NCBI GenBank assembly: GCA_009103225.1
Contig: RHPI01003244.1
Span: 186,001-250,000 of the forward strand
Direction: 5' to 3'
Origin: Chlorokybus atmophyticus
Taxonomy: Eukaryota > Plantae > Mesostigma and Chlorokybus algae
DNA length: 64,000 nt
Below the pieces are notes generated by a model. The model was not told where the DNA came from, searched no databases, and saw only the letters and a list, made by a program, of their open reading frames with translations. The translations under genes and the position numbers were made by a program. Shown here one piece after another: positions 1 through 10,988 of this stretch (within the stretch, counting starts at the first letter, position 1; each line of letters opens with the position of its first letter).

Positions 1-216
1 GACGCGGCGTCCCCATCGCCGTCGCGCCTCCATCGCGACTCCATCGCCGTCGCGCCTCCATCGCCGTCACGCCTCCACCGCGACTCCATCGCCGTCGCGC
101 CTCCATCGCCGTCACGCCTCCATCAACGCCGCGCATGAACAAATCACGACCTAGCAACGCGATATCGCGTCCCCATCGCCGTCGCGCCTCCATCGCGCCT
201 CCACCGCGCCTCCATC
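1..216. repeat. GC-rich minisatellite of interleaved 17-bp (CCATCGCCGTCGCGCCT) and 11-bp (CCATCGCGACT/CCACCGCGCCT) units, truncated by window edge
   Basis: Units read directly at 13-122 and again at 171-216; GCGTCCCCATCGCCGTCGCGCCTCCATCGCG occurs at about 7 and about 166. Confidence 0.85.
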
Positions 217-877
217 GCCAAGGGTGCTGAATAAATCAAACGATAAAAGAACCGCGAACGCCGTGATATCGATATTCATTGGATGGACCAAATAAACCAC
301 CACCATCCAGTTGATTCAACGCCGCGTTCAGCCTCCATGCTAGTTAAGCGGAGAGGATCTAATGCAAAACAACTTTGAACAAACGAAGGGGAGGAAAGCG
401 TAAACTAAGCATTCAGTCAGCATGCACTCATCCACCAACGTGCTCGTGTACTCTTGTGCCTGCGCAATGCTGCTCATGCAAAAAAGTGTGCACCATCAGA
501 ACCATATTTCAGTGTTGAAAGGAGCTTACCCACGCAATGTTTGCTCAACAATGAAAATGCTACCAACGCTGACCCTTTCCGCCTAGGCCGCCCTACGACA
601 ATGGCAGTAGGTTACCAATGAGGTCAACAAGTCGGCGATGCCATTGCTGCGGTGGCACCTAAGCTTTAGTTAAGCTCAACTCGCAAAGTCAGCACACCAG
701 ACAAATGCTGCGCTCAGCACGTTGCACAAAGGTGTGCTGTCGCGTCCGTCCAAACTTCGTCACCCCCAACCGTGAATGTTCTCCCGGTTCAGTCGTCTCG
801 AACCGGGTTTCGTCAATATTCGTCGACAGAAGTGGTGATTTCGCCAAAGCAAACGTGACGCAGCTGAGAGGCAAGCC

Positions 878-3800
878 ATGGCGGCGGCGGCGGCAGCGGC
901 GGCGGCGGTTGGCGTGGGCCTGGCGAGCCGCACTGGGACAGGTGAGCAGTAGGAGGGTTTGGTTGCTTGTTGCGTGATAACTGGGAGCTTGACTTTTGCC
1001 GGGGCACCAATGCCGTTTCGCGGGAACGTGTCTGGCTGCCACGTTGCGAACCGGTCCATGCAAGTGGTCGTGTCATATTGCTGCGTGTCACATCGGTTAG
1101 TATGCTAGTCAGGAAACAAAGCACGTACATAAGATGGTGTAGTGTTGTTTCGTATGACTGTGCGGCAGCAGAGCTATCATACGAAAGAATGTCTGTTCAA
1201 CACATCTTTGCTGCTGCAGAGCTGTCAGACGATATATTTTGTTGAACAAGCCTTGCACTTTGTAGACGATGCTTACACAATGCGGCAATGTTGGTTTGCT
1301 CGCAACAGGAAGTTCCCTTCCCTCTACGCATGCTTCATCATCAACGTTTGGCGGTTGCAAGGTCTCAGATTTTACACGGAGCAAACAGCCTGGTGGCCCT
1401 CTCAGGTGAGCACAGCTGGAGTACTGCAGCTGCTTGTTTTGCATGAGGCCGGCAGCATCTCATTTGTTGTCAGTTGGTTTGCATTGCCACAAACCAGGAA
1501 AAGATCGTGTATGCTGTAACTGCTGGTAAGATAAACCCTGCACATTATGTGCCAGTCGCTGCCCGTATCGCGAATCCAATCAACAACTGCTGGTCAGGTT
1601 GTCAAGAGCAGCAGTGCCAGCTGTGGCTGCCGTCAGCACAGAGCACTCGTGGAGTCTTCTGAACACGCCGGATGAGTCGCTGCAGCAACAGGCCGCGCGT
1701 GACCTGTGGGCAGATAGTCAATCAGCGACGAGCACAGCCGACAGGTGAGTTTGTTGTCACAGAGACAAAGCACAGCTCGTTATCACGACTCTGGAGTGAA
1801 TGTTGCTAATGATGGATGACACAGTCGTGTGTCTCATACATTGCTGTTGTCCATGTAACAGAGATGATTTGGCCAACCATCCTGGCAGCAAACCCGTGCC
1901 ATCCACCAGTGACATCGCCCTGCTCCAAAAGCTTGCCGCCGAGCGCACTGACTTTCTTTATCAATTTGATCTGCCCAGAAGGAAATTTGCAATGCCAGGT
2001 ACAGGTCTCCTGTTCACTCCGGCGCAACAGTCCTGCATGGTAGAGGGTCATTGATTGAGCCATAATAGTACTTTCTCTTCTTCAGGGGTGCGTGGAGTAG
2101 ACCACATGGGTTTGACTGTGCCGGATTTGGCGGAAGCTATTGCTTTCTTTGTCGACGTACTTGGGTGCGAGGAATGCTTCGCTGTTGGCCCATTCAAAGC
2201 CTCTGACGACTGGATGCAAACACACCTGAATGTCCATCCAGCAGCACAGGTTGGTAATTCGTGTTATATGGGGCTCTGCTCATAGGGTGGTGCATATCGC
2301 CACTTGATCGCTCAGTATTGGTGTAGTGTCCTCTCAGTGCAGCTCTGTACGCAAGGCTATCACTAACTCCATTTCTAACACCACGGCAGATTGCACAGCT
2401 TCGCATGTTGCGCTGCGGAAACGGCAGCAACTTTGAGCTGTTTGAGTTTGTTGCTCCGGGCGAGCAGGTGCTTGTGTGTTTTTATATCTGTATAGACACA
2501 ATGGCATGCACGGCAGCAACCATATCCATGCTTGCTGCCATGTATGTCTTGTTGCCCATCTTGGGCTTGCAAACAGGATCCTGAGCCTCGTATAGCTGAC
2601 TGCGGCGGCAAGGCACCAACCTTCTTCGTTGACGACATTGACGAAGCTGTAGCACACCTCAAGTCTCGCGGCATCGAAGTGCTTGGAGACGTGATCACCA
2701 TGCAGGCTGGTCCAACAGCACCCAGGCCGGAAGTGAGTGCTGTTTGCTTGGTGGACAGTGATTGCCCATTGCCCGTTCGTCTGACTATGTGTGATGACGC
2801 GCAATGCTTGCGCAGGTGAAAGGTGTAAAAGGTTTGCAATTCATCTACTTCAAAGCTCCATGGGGACTACAGTTGAGGCTGTGCTCTTACACACCGGACA
2901 GCATGGCGTACGTGATCATCTTATTTGGCATGTATGACCAATTGGACCTGATTTACCATGCAGAATAACAACATATTGCTGCAGCTATCTTCACCAGCAT
3001 CCTGGTCAAGAGCTGCCAGTGGGTGGGAATATGAGTGCTGCAGGCCAGACGAAACTGCGCGTTCACAAGCTCAAAGAGGCATGTATATTGGCTGTGGTTC
3101 AGTCATTCAGTCATTGCATTGTTGTTTGCTTGTTGCTGAGCGCCAGCCAGTCGTTGCTGAGCAAAACTGCAGCACTGCAGCACTACGTGCTTCAGCCAAG
3201 CTGTAGTGATGGTTGTTTCGTGGGTCATGTAACGGATACAGTTTGGTACAGGGAAATATGCGCCAGTGGTGTCCGAAGCCGTTCCACAGCTACCAAAGTA
3301 GACGTGGCATCTTTCATACACTGCATCCCGAGGCAACAGGCATGATGATGCATGCATGTGCGCACAGACACATGGTCTGCTCTGATACCCCTATTGACCA
3401 ATCGCTGTGCCAGTCGTCACAAGTACACGCCTTGAACAATGTTATGGTGACTTGTCTACCAACCGTTTCTCTGTTGGGACGACAGGTGTGCAGGACTACA
3501 ACTGGGATTATGGTGGTAAGGATGTCAAAAACAGCCTGTTCTTCCAGTCCACACTGGATAACCTCAGGGCATACTGGCAGCCGCAGCACCCTGGCCAGGC
3601 TGGTGAGTCCTACAGCCAGCCAACTCTTGCTGCAGTAACACATACCAGTTGAACCTGCTGCAGACAGGTTTTTCACTTAAAGTTGGCAAGAACAGTCAGA
3701 CTCAGCGCTTGTGTGCTTGTGCCAACTCTAGAGGGTAGAGTGATCAACTCAAGTCTCGAGGTGGCCAACTTAGCGGAGAAGCGCGCTGATGAGCTTCACG

Positions 3801-5520
3801 AATTCCAGTTTCCGCTGCCGCCCACACCGCCCGTGCCCGGGTTGTGGGGCGTTGACAACTTCCTGTTGCAAGTGCCGGACATGGTGCAGGTGAGCACACC
3901 CCGACAATTGCATATTGTCGCCTAACGCTAGCAGCGCCTCTAATTTCATCGTGGCACTGCTAGTAGCGACATATAGCGTAGTGATGTCATGCGGCTTCTG
4001 CTGCTGCTGATACTAGCTCTCGCAGCCTGTCGTTGCTGTTGTTATCGCTCCTGTCATCGTTAGCAGCGGCAGCAGCAGACAGCTCAGCTGCCACCAGCAG
4101 CGGCGCTAGCCCAATAGTAGTGCTGTTGGGCTAGCGCCACTGCTGCTTGTGTTTAACAGTTTACTACTGGTAATACTGTCAATGGCAACAGCAGCCCGAC
4201 GTCGTCAACTGCTGCTGCTGTGTGGCTGCTGGCCATGCTGCCTCTGCCGGTAGTGGTGCTGGCCGCCACTAAAGCGGCTAGCAGTAGTGCATGAAATGGT
4301 GGTGGTACTGATATGGAAATCCATGTGAAGAAGTGGCACCCCGACGCTGCTGCATGTGGTCGGCTGCTGACATCACCACATCCAACACATGCTGAACTTG
4401 TGCTGACACGCTTGTATTGTGGCAACGGTGCAGGCGCTGGACTTCTTCATCAACGTCATGGGTTGCGAGCAGTGTTATGTAGAGGGTCCTTTCATGGCGG
4501 AGGACGACTTTATCCACAAGCAACTTGGCCTTCACCCACGCGCACAGGTGCATATAACTCTAGTACAATGAGGAGCATAGGATGGGTGCGTCTGGTTTTG
4601 TCCTGCCGTGAGTGCTCACAGGACAAAGGATACTCTTTTCACGCAGATTGTGCAAACTCGTCTGCTGCGCTGTCACACGGGCAGCAACATTCAGCTATTG
4701 GAATTCGCTTCCCCAGACCAAAATCAAAAATGGCCCTCTAACAGCGACATTGGCGGGTAGGGAAAGCAGGGAGATGTGGAATTGATGGTGTACAATGCAG
4801 CGCGCATTGCTTGTCGTGCATTCTCGCCACTGCTTCAAACCGAAACCAGTATGTGATGCTTAGACATAACTCTCTTCCTCAGGTACCATCTATGCTTCTT
4901 CGTTGATGACATCCATGTTGCGTGCGACTTCCTCAAGGCTCGCGGCATTACGATTTTGGGAGAAGTCACTACTATGCAGGCCGGCCCAACTGGTACAGCT
5001 GCTCGGTGCGGGAAGTAGTTGTTGTTGCAATCTACTTGTGGGAGTGACAACTGTTGTTTGCGCAGGACCTCGACCAGAATTCCCAGAAGCGCAAGGTATG
5101 TACACAACATCACACTGGGTTTACAAACTCGCATCGTTCTATGCCCAGTCGTAACCCCTCCGCTCCAACAAGGTCATACTTTGAATCCTCATTTTCAGGT
5201 TTGCAATGGCTTTACTTTTTTACTCCTTGGGGTGCTCAGGTACATTTGCTGCCATGTCGAGACCCTCTATTGATTGCATATCAATGGAGTGTGCCATGTG
5301 TGACTGCCAGTATGACAAGCTGTGATGCCTGTTTTATCAAGTTGTGCTTTGCGCGTGTCTGCAGATGGAGCTGTGCACATATGGGCCAGATGGAATGGCG
5401 TACTTGCATCAGAGCGGAGGTTACGAAGGGCAGGGCGGCAAGTCTGGAATTTCAGGGATCCGCTCGCACGTGTTAAAGCTTGGGAATGTACGCCAGTGGT
5501 GTCCGAAGCCATTCTGGTGA
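878..5520 (+). CDS. Tandem (two-domain) VOC/glyoxalase-bleomycin-resistance-fold protein with probable plastid transit peptide; about 18 exons
   Basis: Phase-consistent splicing from ATG 878. The Ala/Ser/Arg-rich N-terminus is [33 protein letters not shown]...LRLSRAAVPAVAA. Domain 1: GVRGVDHMGLTVPDLAEAIAFFVDVLGCEEC...LRCGNGSNFELFEF...FFVDDIDEAVAHLKSRGIEVLG...FIYFKAPWGLQLRLCSY (2086-2912). Domain 2: GLWGVDNFLLQVPDMVQALDFFINVMGCEQC...LRCHTGSNIQLLEF...SDIGGYHLCFFVDD...WLYFFTPWGAQMELCTY (3840-5390). Both repeats end in GNxRQWCPKPF; stop TGA at 5518-5520. Confidence 0.85.
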
Positions 5521-6482
5521 CGACTGTTTGGGTGTTGCGAGGTGGTGGCCTAGTATGCCATTCCATGTGGTCTGCAGTGTTGGTTGGTGAGGTTGACTTT
5601 AGCCAAAGACTTGAACCGTTGTTGTCTTGCTGCTTTCTGGGGTCCATTGGAAGGTGATGATGATCCTGATCCTGGTGGGATTGGAAGGTAACTGTGCAAT
5701 GCAAGGCAAGTTTGCTGCCACTGGCCCCCACCCTGGCATGGTCGCCAGCGCCGCAGTGTCAAACTTCATCACAGCCAGCGCTGGTCTCATTGCAGGGTGC
5801 AGGCCCCAGACTGAAATGCATGCCCTATAACTGCCTAGACTATCCTGTACATTAGCTGCGCGGCTGCATACCCTGCAAGGCAGCCGCCCGACGCGCGAAT
5901 GTAATGAATGCAATGCGCTGCTCCAGTTGCCCAGCGTCCCATGGGGCTGCTGTTGCCCCAAGTCCAAGGCACCCACGCCCGCCTGCGCTTGCACATATCT
6001 ATGCGCGTGGACAGCGACAGCTGGCTATGGAAGCAGAACAAACCGGCCACAGCCTCTCAACCCACCCTGCCCACTCTACTCTCACATTAGCTAGCTGCTT
6101 AGCTAGGGGCAATGGCAAAACAGCAGCAATAGCATGCAACTATCTGCAGAAGCAGTACGAGCGGCAGCAGCTTAATTACTTGCAGTGCAGGGAGTATACC
6201 AAGCTGTTGGTCTCTCTTAGCGCCCCGCACAAATTTCACTCTACTCAAGTTACGCTCTTGAAGCACAATATGTGTTGCTACTTATGTTCATAGGGGTTGT
6301 GGTAGGACGTACGGCGCCGGCGCATCACAACCTCATGTTTACACATAATGATGTGCAAAGACCGAATCAAGTAGACCGTGCAAGACTTGACCACCTGCTT
6401 CAAGCAACATAGTGTAAAGAATAACAGTTTCAACAGCGTAAATGGTGCCTCGTTGCACATATCCGCGCGAAGAGGGGGGGGG

Positions 6483-6708
6483 NNNNNNNNNNNNNNNNNN
6501 NNNNNNNNNNNNNNNNNNNNNNNNNNNNNNNNNNNNNNNNNNNNNNNNNNNNNNNNNNNNNNNNNNNNNNNNNNNNNNNNNNNNNNNNNNNNNNNNNNNN
6601 NNNNNNNNNNNNNNNNNNNNNNNNNNNNNNNNNNNNNNNNNNNNNNNNNNNNNNNNNNNNNNNNNNNNNNNNNNNNNNNNNNNNNNNNNNNNNNNNNNNN
6701 NNNNNNNN
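6483..6708. other. Assembly gap (N run) flanked by G homopolymers
   Basis: N bases in the sequence. Confidence 1.
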
Positions 6709-7543
6709 GGGGGCTACGTAGGGGCTACCGGTATCAGGCGTCATTTTCATAGATGGGGGGGAATACTATTATGTGGCATTGGTGATCGCCAAGTACAATT
6801 TATTCAAAGAGATCCACCTCATAGTGGGCATCGCGAGACTACAAAACCTACTATTGTCGTGCGTATATTCCCTACCAAGCAATGTTTACGGCGGAAAAAC
6901 CTTCCTCATGAGTTGAGACAGCAAACACATCTCAAATAAGGTTTGCTTGCTTGGTCAGCTACCGTTTCTCCTTTCCTCCTTTGCCCTTTTTCCCACCAAC
7001 ATGTCAAGGGCACCATACACAAAGAGACATAATATAGTTCAACACAATACCACTATGGGGCTCTCCAAGAAGTATTAGGGGGTTGTGTGTTTCCTGATAA
7101 CACTGTGCTTTCTGAGAAGACCGTACACTGTCATTGTCACAATGCACGGTTGGTGACGGTCATCAAATCTCCTCATCGCTTTGGGATGCCAGCAACTCAT
7201 TACAATCAACACTGCTAACGCCAACTACGCTTCACGTTTGAACCCTCGTCGTCTACTTTTGCATCCATGCATGTGCGCATGCGTGAAGCTCGGGTGTGTT
7301 TTTACATTATTACAGTAACACTATCTAAACGTGTACACTACCCGCCGGGACACGTTAGCAGTATGAACACTATCGGGTAGTACCTGGTAGTGTTCATACT
7401 GCTACATAAGACATTACACTCACAGGCAGCAGATGCCACACCTTCTTTCGCTGGTGCTTCCGTTTTGAGAACGTAGTAGACCTCATTACGTAACTTTGTA
7501 CTTATTGACGAGCACGCTGATAGTTACGATGAGTTACCGTAGT

Positions 7544-7880
7544 TGTCAGGAGGGGAGTGCACCTCCTCCCTCTAATTTCCTACCCCAACACCACCACCAG
7601 CCACGCCGACCACACCGCCGCCGCCGCCGGGGCAGCTGCCAGAGCCGAATATCCTCTGGCTATGGCGAATGCTGTGTTAGCAGCGCCGCCATACGGCTGA
7701 TATCGGCATGAGACTCATGTCTCATGCCGATATCAATGTTAAAGATAAGTAACACTACATTAGGGCCTTAACACTAGGTTAACGGCCCTAATACGGCTCA
7801 ATTGGCTGTTTACCCGCTGGGACCCTTAATTAATCCTAAATAAGGGCGGGGAACCTCTATGCGGGTAGCACTCCGTTACA
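7544..7880 (-). repeat. 3' LTR of Gypsy element 1 (337 bp)
   Basis: TGTCAGGAGG...CCGTTACA; collinear with 14764-15118, roughly 80-90% identical by eye. Confidence 0.93.
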
Positions 7881-7890
7881 TTCCCCCCAC
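7881..7890 (-). promoter_or_regulatory. Polypurine tract (GTGGGGGGAA on minus strand)
   Basis: Directly precedes the 3' LTR start TGTAACGG on the minus strand. Confidence 0.85.
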
Positions 7891-10169
7891 TTGGGTTTCG
7901 TTGTCTTTACTAAAGGGTTAGCAAAGCCCCACTACGAGCACTGAAAAGAAAAGCAGTGAGAGATTCAGGGCCGAAGCGGTAAAAAACGTCTGCCAGCACC
8001 CTTTTGCCGTCCGCGTGTGGACACAGCACTCCAATACCTCGAAAAATCTCCTGGCAATCCGCAAGAAGCTTCCTTTCTCGGCTCCCATGTGTTGTGCTCA
8101 ACACCATACCCTTTCCATTTCACCAAGTAGAACGACGCGCATCCGCGTCGAGGCTGATGGTGACTCGGGGTTGCTTCCACCTTATACTCAAAAGTATCGT
8201 CGCCACTGCACCCGGGGGTGGAGGAGGTTGAACCCGACTGTCAGAATGGTATGGTTTCAGTACACTCTTATGAAACACATTGTGCGTATCGACTTTGGCA
8301 AGTTTAAACGATGCGCGCGAGTGCCGACCTTAATCACTTTAATAGGGAAATTTACGGATACCCACTCCCTTAATGGATATGTTTTTGGTACTCAGAAGTA
8401 CCAAACAGCCCATATCGTAGTTGGCCTCTCTACGATGTGCATCAGCTTGGGCCTTTTGTCTGTCTTGCACTGCGCGCAGACAGTTGGTCCTTTGCTAATG
8501 CTAACCTATCCCGCATGGCCGAAGCCATCTCGCGCGCTGCAGGTATGCGAGTTATGTCAATAGCGGGCAACTTAATGTTTGCAGGACTTAGTGGATGCAC
8601 TCCGTAACATAAGAAAAACGGAGTTTCCTGCACACTCTCTTGCCATGCATTATTGATTGTGAACTCGGATGGTTTCCTCAACCACTTGATTGGCGCTTCC
8701 TGTCTGACCATCTGTTTGCGGATGGTAAGCTGTGCTCATGTTCTGTTGAATCTGTAAGAAGCTGCATAGCGACTTTCAGAACTGAGCTACAAAACACGGA
8801 TCGCAATCAGACACAAAATTGCGAGGTAAGGCATGCAACTTGAACACAGACGCAACAATAACTATCGTCAACTCACGGGAACCTATTTCCGTGCAACAAG
8901 GGACAATGTGAACCATTTTTGTTAAACGGTCCACAAAAACCGCAATGTGACCTTATGTTGTTTGTGGGAGCTCTGTAGTAAAGTCCATACTCACACTTTC
9001 CCATTTGCCATCACGAACAGGCAATGGTCGCAGCAACTTAGTGGGTTTCTGACGTAACGGCTTGTCATGCGTGCTTACATTTGTCACACGTGTCTACATA
9101 CCGCTTTACGTCAACAGGCAACGATGGCCACCAATACAACTATTGCGCTGCCTTAACAATCTTGCGACTGCCAAAGTGCCCAGCGTATGGTGGATCGTGT
9201 GCATCAGCTATGCATTGTACACGCAACTCAGCATGGTTTGGTATGACCAAACAGGTGCCCATATAATACATGTTGTCCCGTTTGTCAAGCTTTTGCACAT
9301 TGTCCTCGGACGAGAACCATGGGTCAAAAGCATACCCTTGCACAACAGCTTGCACAAACTCATCATTAGGTGGCAATGTACCGCGCGTTGCAAGCAAGTG
9401 TGCACGCATGACCGCTAGCAATGACGGACATTGACTCACAGAATCAGCGACATTGGCTTGCTTGGCCGGTGTACTAACTCAAAAGTAAACCGGGAAAGAA
9501 ATTGTATCTAGCAAGCTTGCTTTCGTGACAAGTCTTGCTACTTTAAGAGATACACCAATGGATTATGATCAATCACCACTGTGAACTGAACCCCTTCTTG
9601 GTAACATCGCCATGTTTCCAGCGCATGTACTATACGAAGCAACTCTTGCTCAGTGGTAGTGTAGTTCACCTCTGCTGGCATACTACTCTCATAAGCACAT
9701 GGTCTGCCATCTTGCAACAGAACTGCACCACATCAAAGGGTGGACGCATCGCTGACCACAGTAAAATGCTTGTCCCAATTCGGCAATGCCAACCGTTGTG
9801 ACACTGGAGCTGAAGTTAAAGCTAGCTTCACCTGTTGCGTAGCAGCTTTTTGTTCATTGAACGGCTGGCAGCCGTCGACATGAATGCAGCATCTTTTTGC
9901 AACAGTTTTAATAAAGGCACCAATATTGTGGAATTCCCCATCATAAACTTGAAAAAGTAGTTTGCCAATTTTAAAAATGATCGCAGTTGATGAATATTTT
10001 GAGGTTGAGGCCAATCCACTACAGCTTGCACTTTGCGAGGGTCAGGTCTAACACTCGCACCGCTCACAATGTGCCCCATAAATGGCATCTCCGTCTTGCA
10101 AAATCATTTTGCAAAATTGGCAAACAAGCGATGTTTACGCAGCAAGGCAAACACCGCTTCCAAGTGCTA

Positions 10170-10988
10170 CTTATGCTCTTGGTTTTACTGAAGACCATGA
10201 TGTCATCCAAGTAAACCATAACATACTTGCCAAGTATGCCACTGAAGATTTTACTCATTTCCTTCTGAAACACTGCAGGTGCTGCTTATGCTCTTGGTTT
10301 TACTGAAGACCATGATGTCATCCAAGTAAACCATAACATACTTGCCAAGTATGCCACTGAAGATTTTACTCATTTCCTTCTGAAACACTGCAGGTGCATT
10401 AGTCAATCCAAAAGGCTTATGCTCTTGGTTTTACTGAAGACCATGATGTCATCCAAGTAAACCATAACATACTTGCCAAGTATGCCACTGAAGATTTTAC
10501 TCATTTCCTTCTGAAACACTGCAGGTGCTGCTTATGCTCTTGGTTTTACTGAAGACCATGATGTCATCCAAGTAAACCATAACATACTTGCCAAGTATGC
10601 CACTGAAGATTTTACTCATTTCCTTCTGAAACACTGCAGGTGCTGCTTATGCTCTTGGTTTTACTGAAGACCATGATGTCATCCAAGTAAACCATAACAT
10701 ACTTGCCAAGTATGCCACTGAAGATTTTACTCATTTCCTTCTGAAACACTGCAGGTGCTGCTTATGCTCTTGGTTTTACTGAAGACCATGATGTCATCCA
10801 AGTAAACCATAACATACTTGCCAAGTATGCCACTGAAGATTTTACTCATTTCCTTCTGAAACACTGCAGGTGCTGCTTATGCTCTTGGTTTTACTGAAGA
10901 CCATGATGTCATCCAAGTAAACCATAACATACTTGCCAAGTATGCCACTGAAGATTTTACTCATTTCCTTCTGAAACACTGCAGGTGC
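10170..10988. repeat. Seven-copy tandem array of a 115-bp unit (one unit 131 bp) covering the RT YLDD motif
   Basis: Units start at 10170, 10285, 10416, 10531, 10646, 10761 and 10876 (CTTATGCTCTTGG...CACTGCAGGTGCTG); copies identical by eye; no spacers. Confidence 0.95.

Noticed and set aside
5599-6110. Possible minus-strand exons convergent with the VOC gene
   Set aside because: Candidate splice combinations hit stops, no recognisable domain was found, and the region is cut by the N gap.
10170-10988. Regular repeats as a CRISPR array
   Set aside because: Units are 115 bp, head-to-tail with no unique spacers, encode RT sequence, and the context is eukaryotic with no cas genes.
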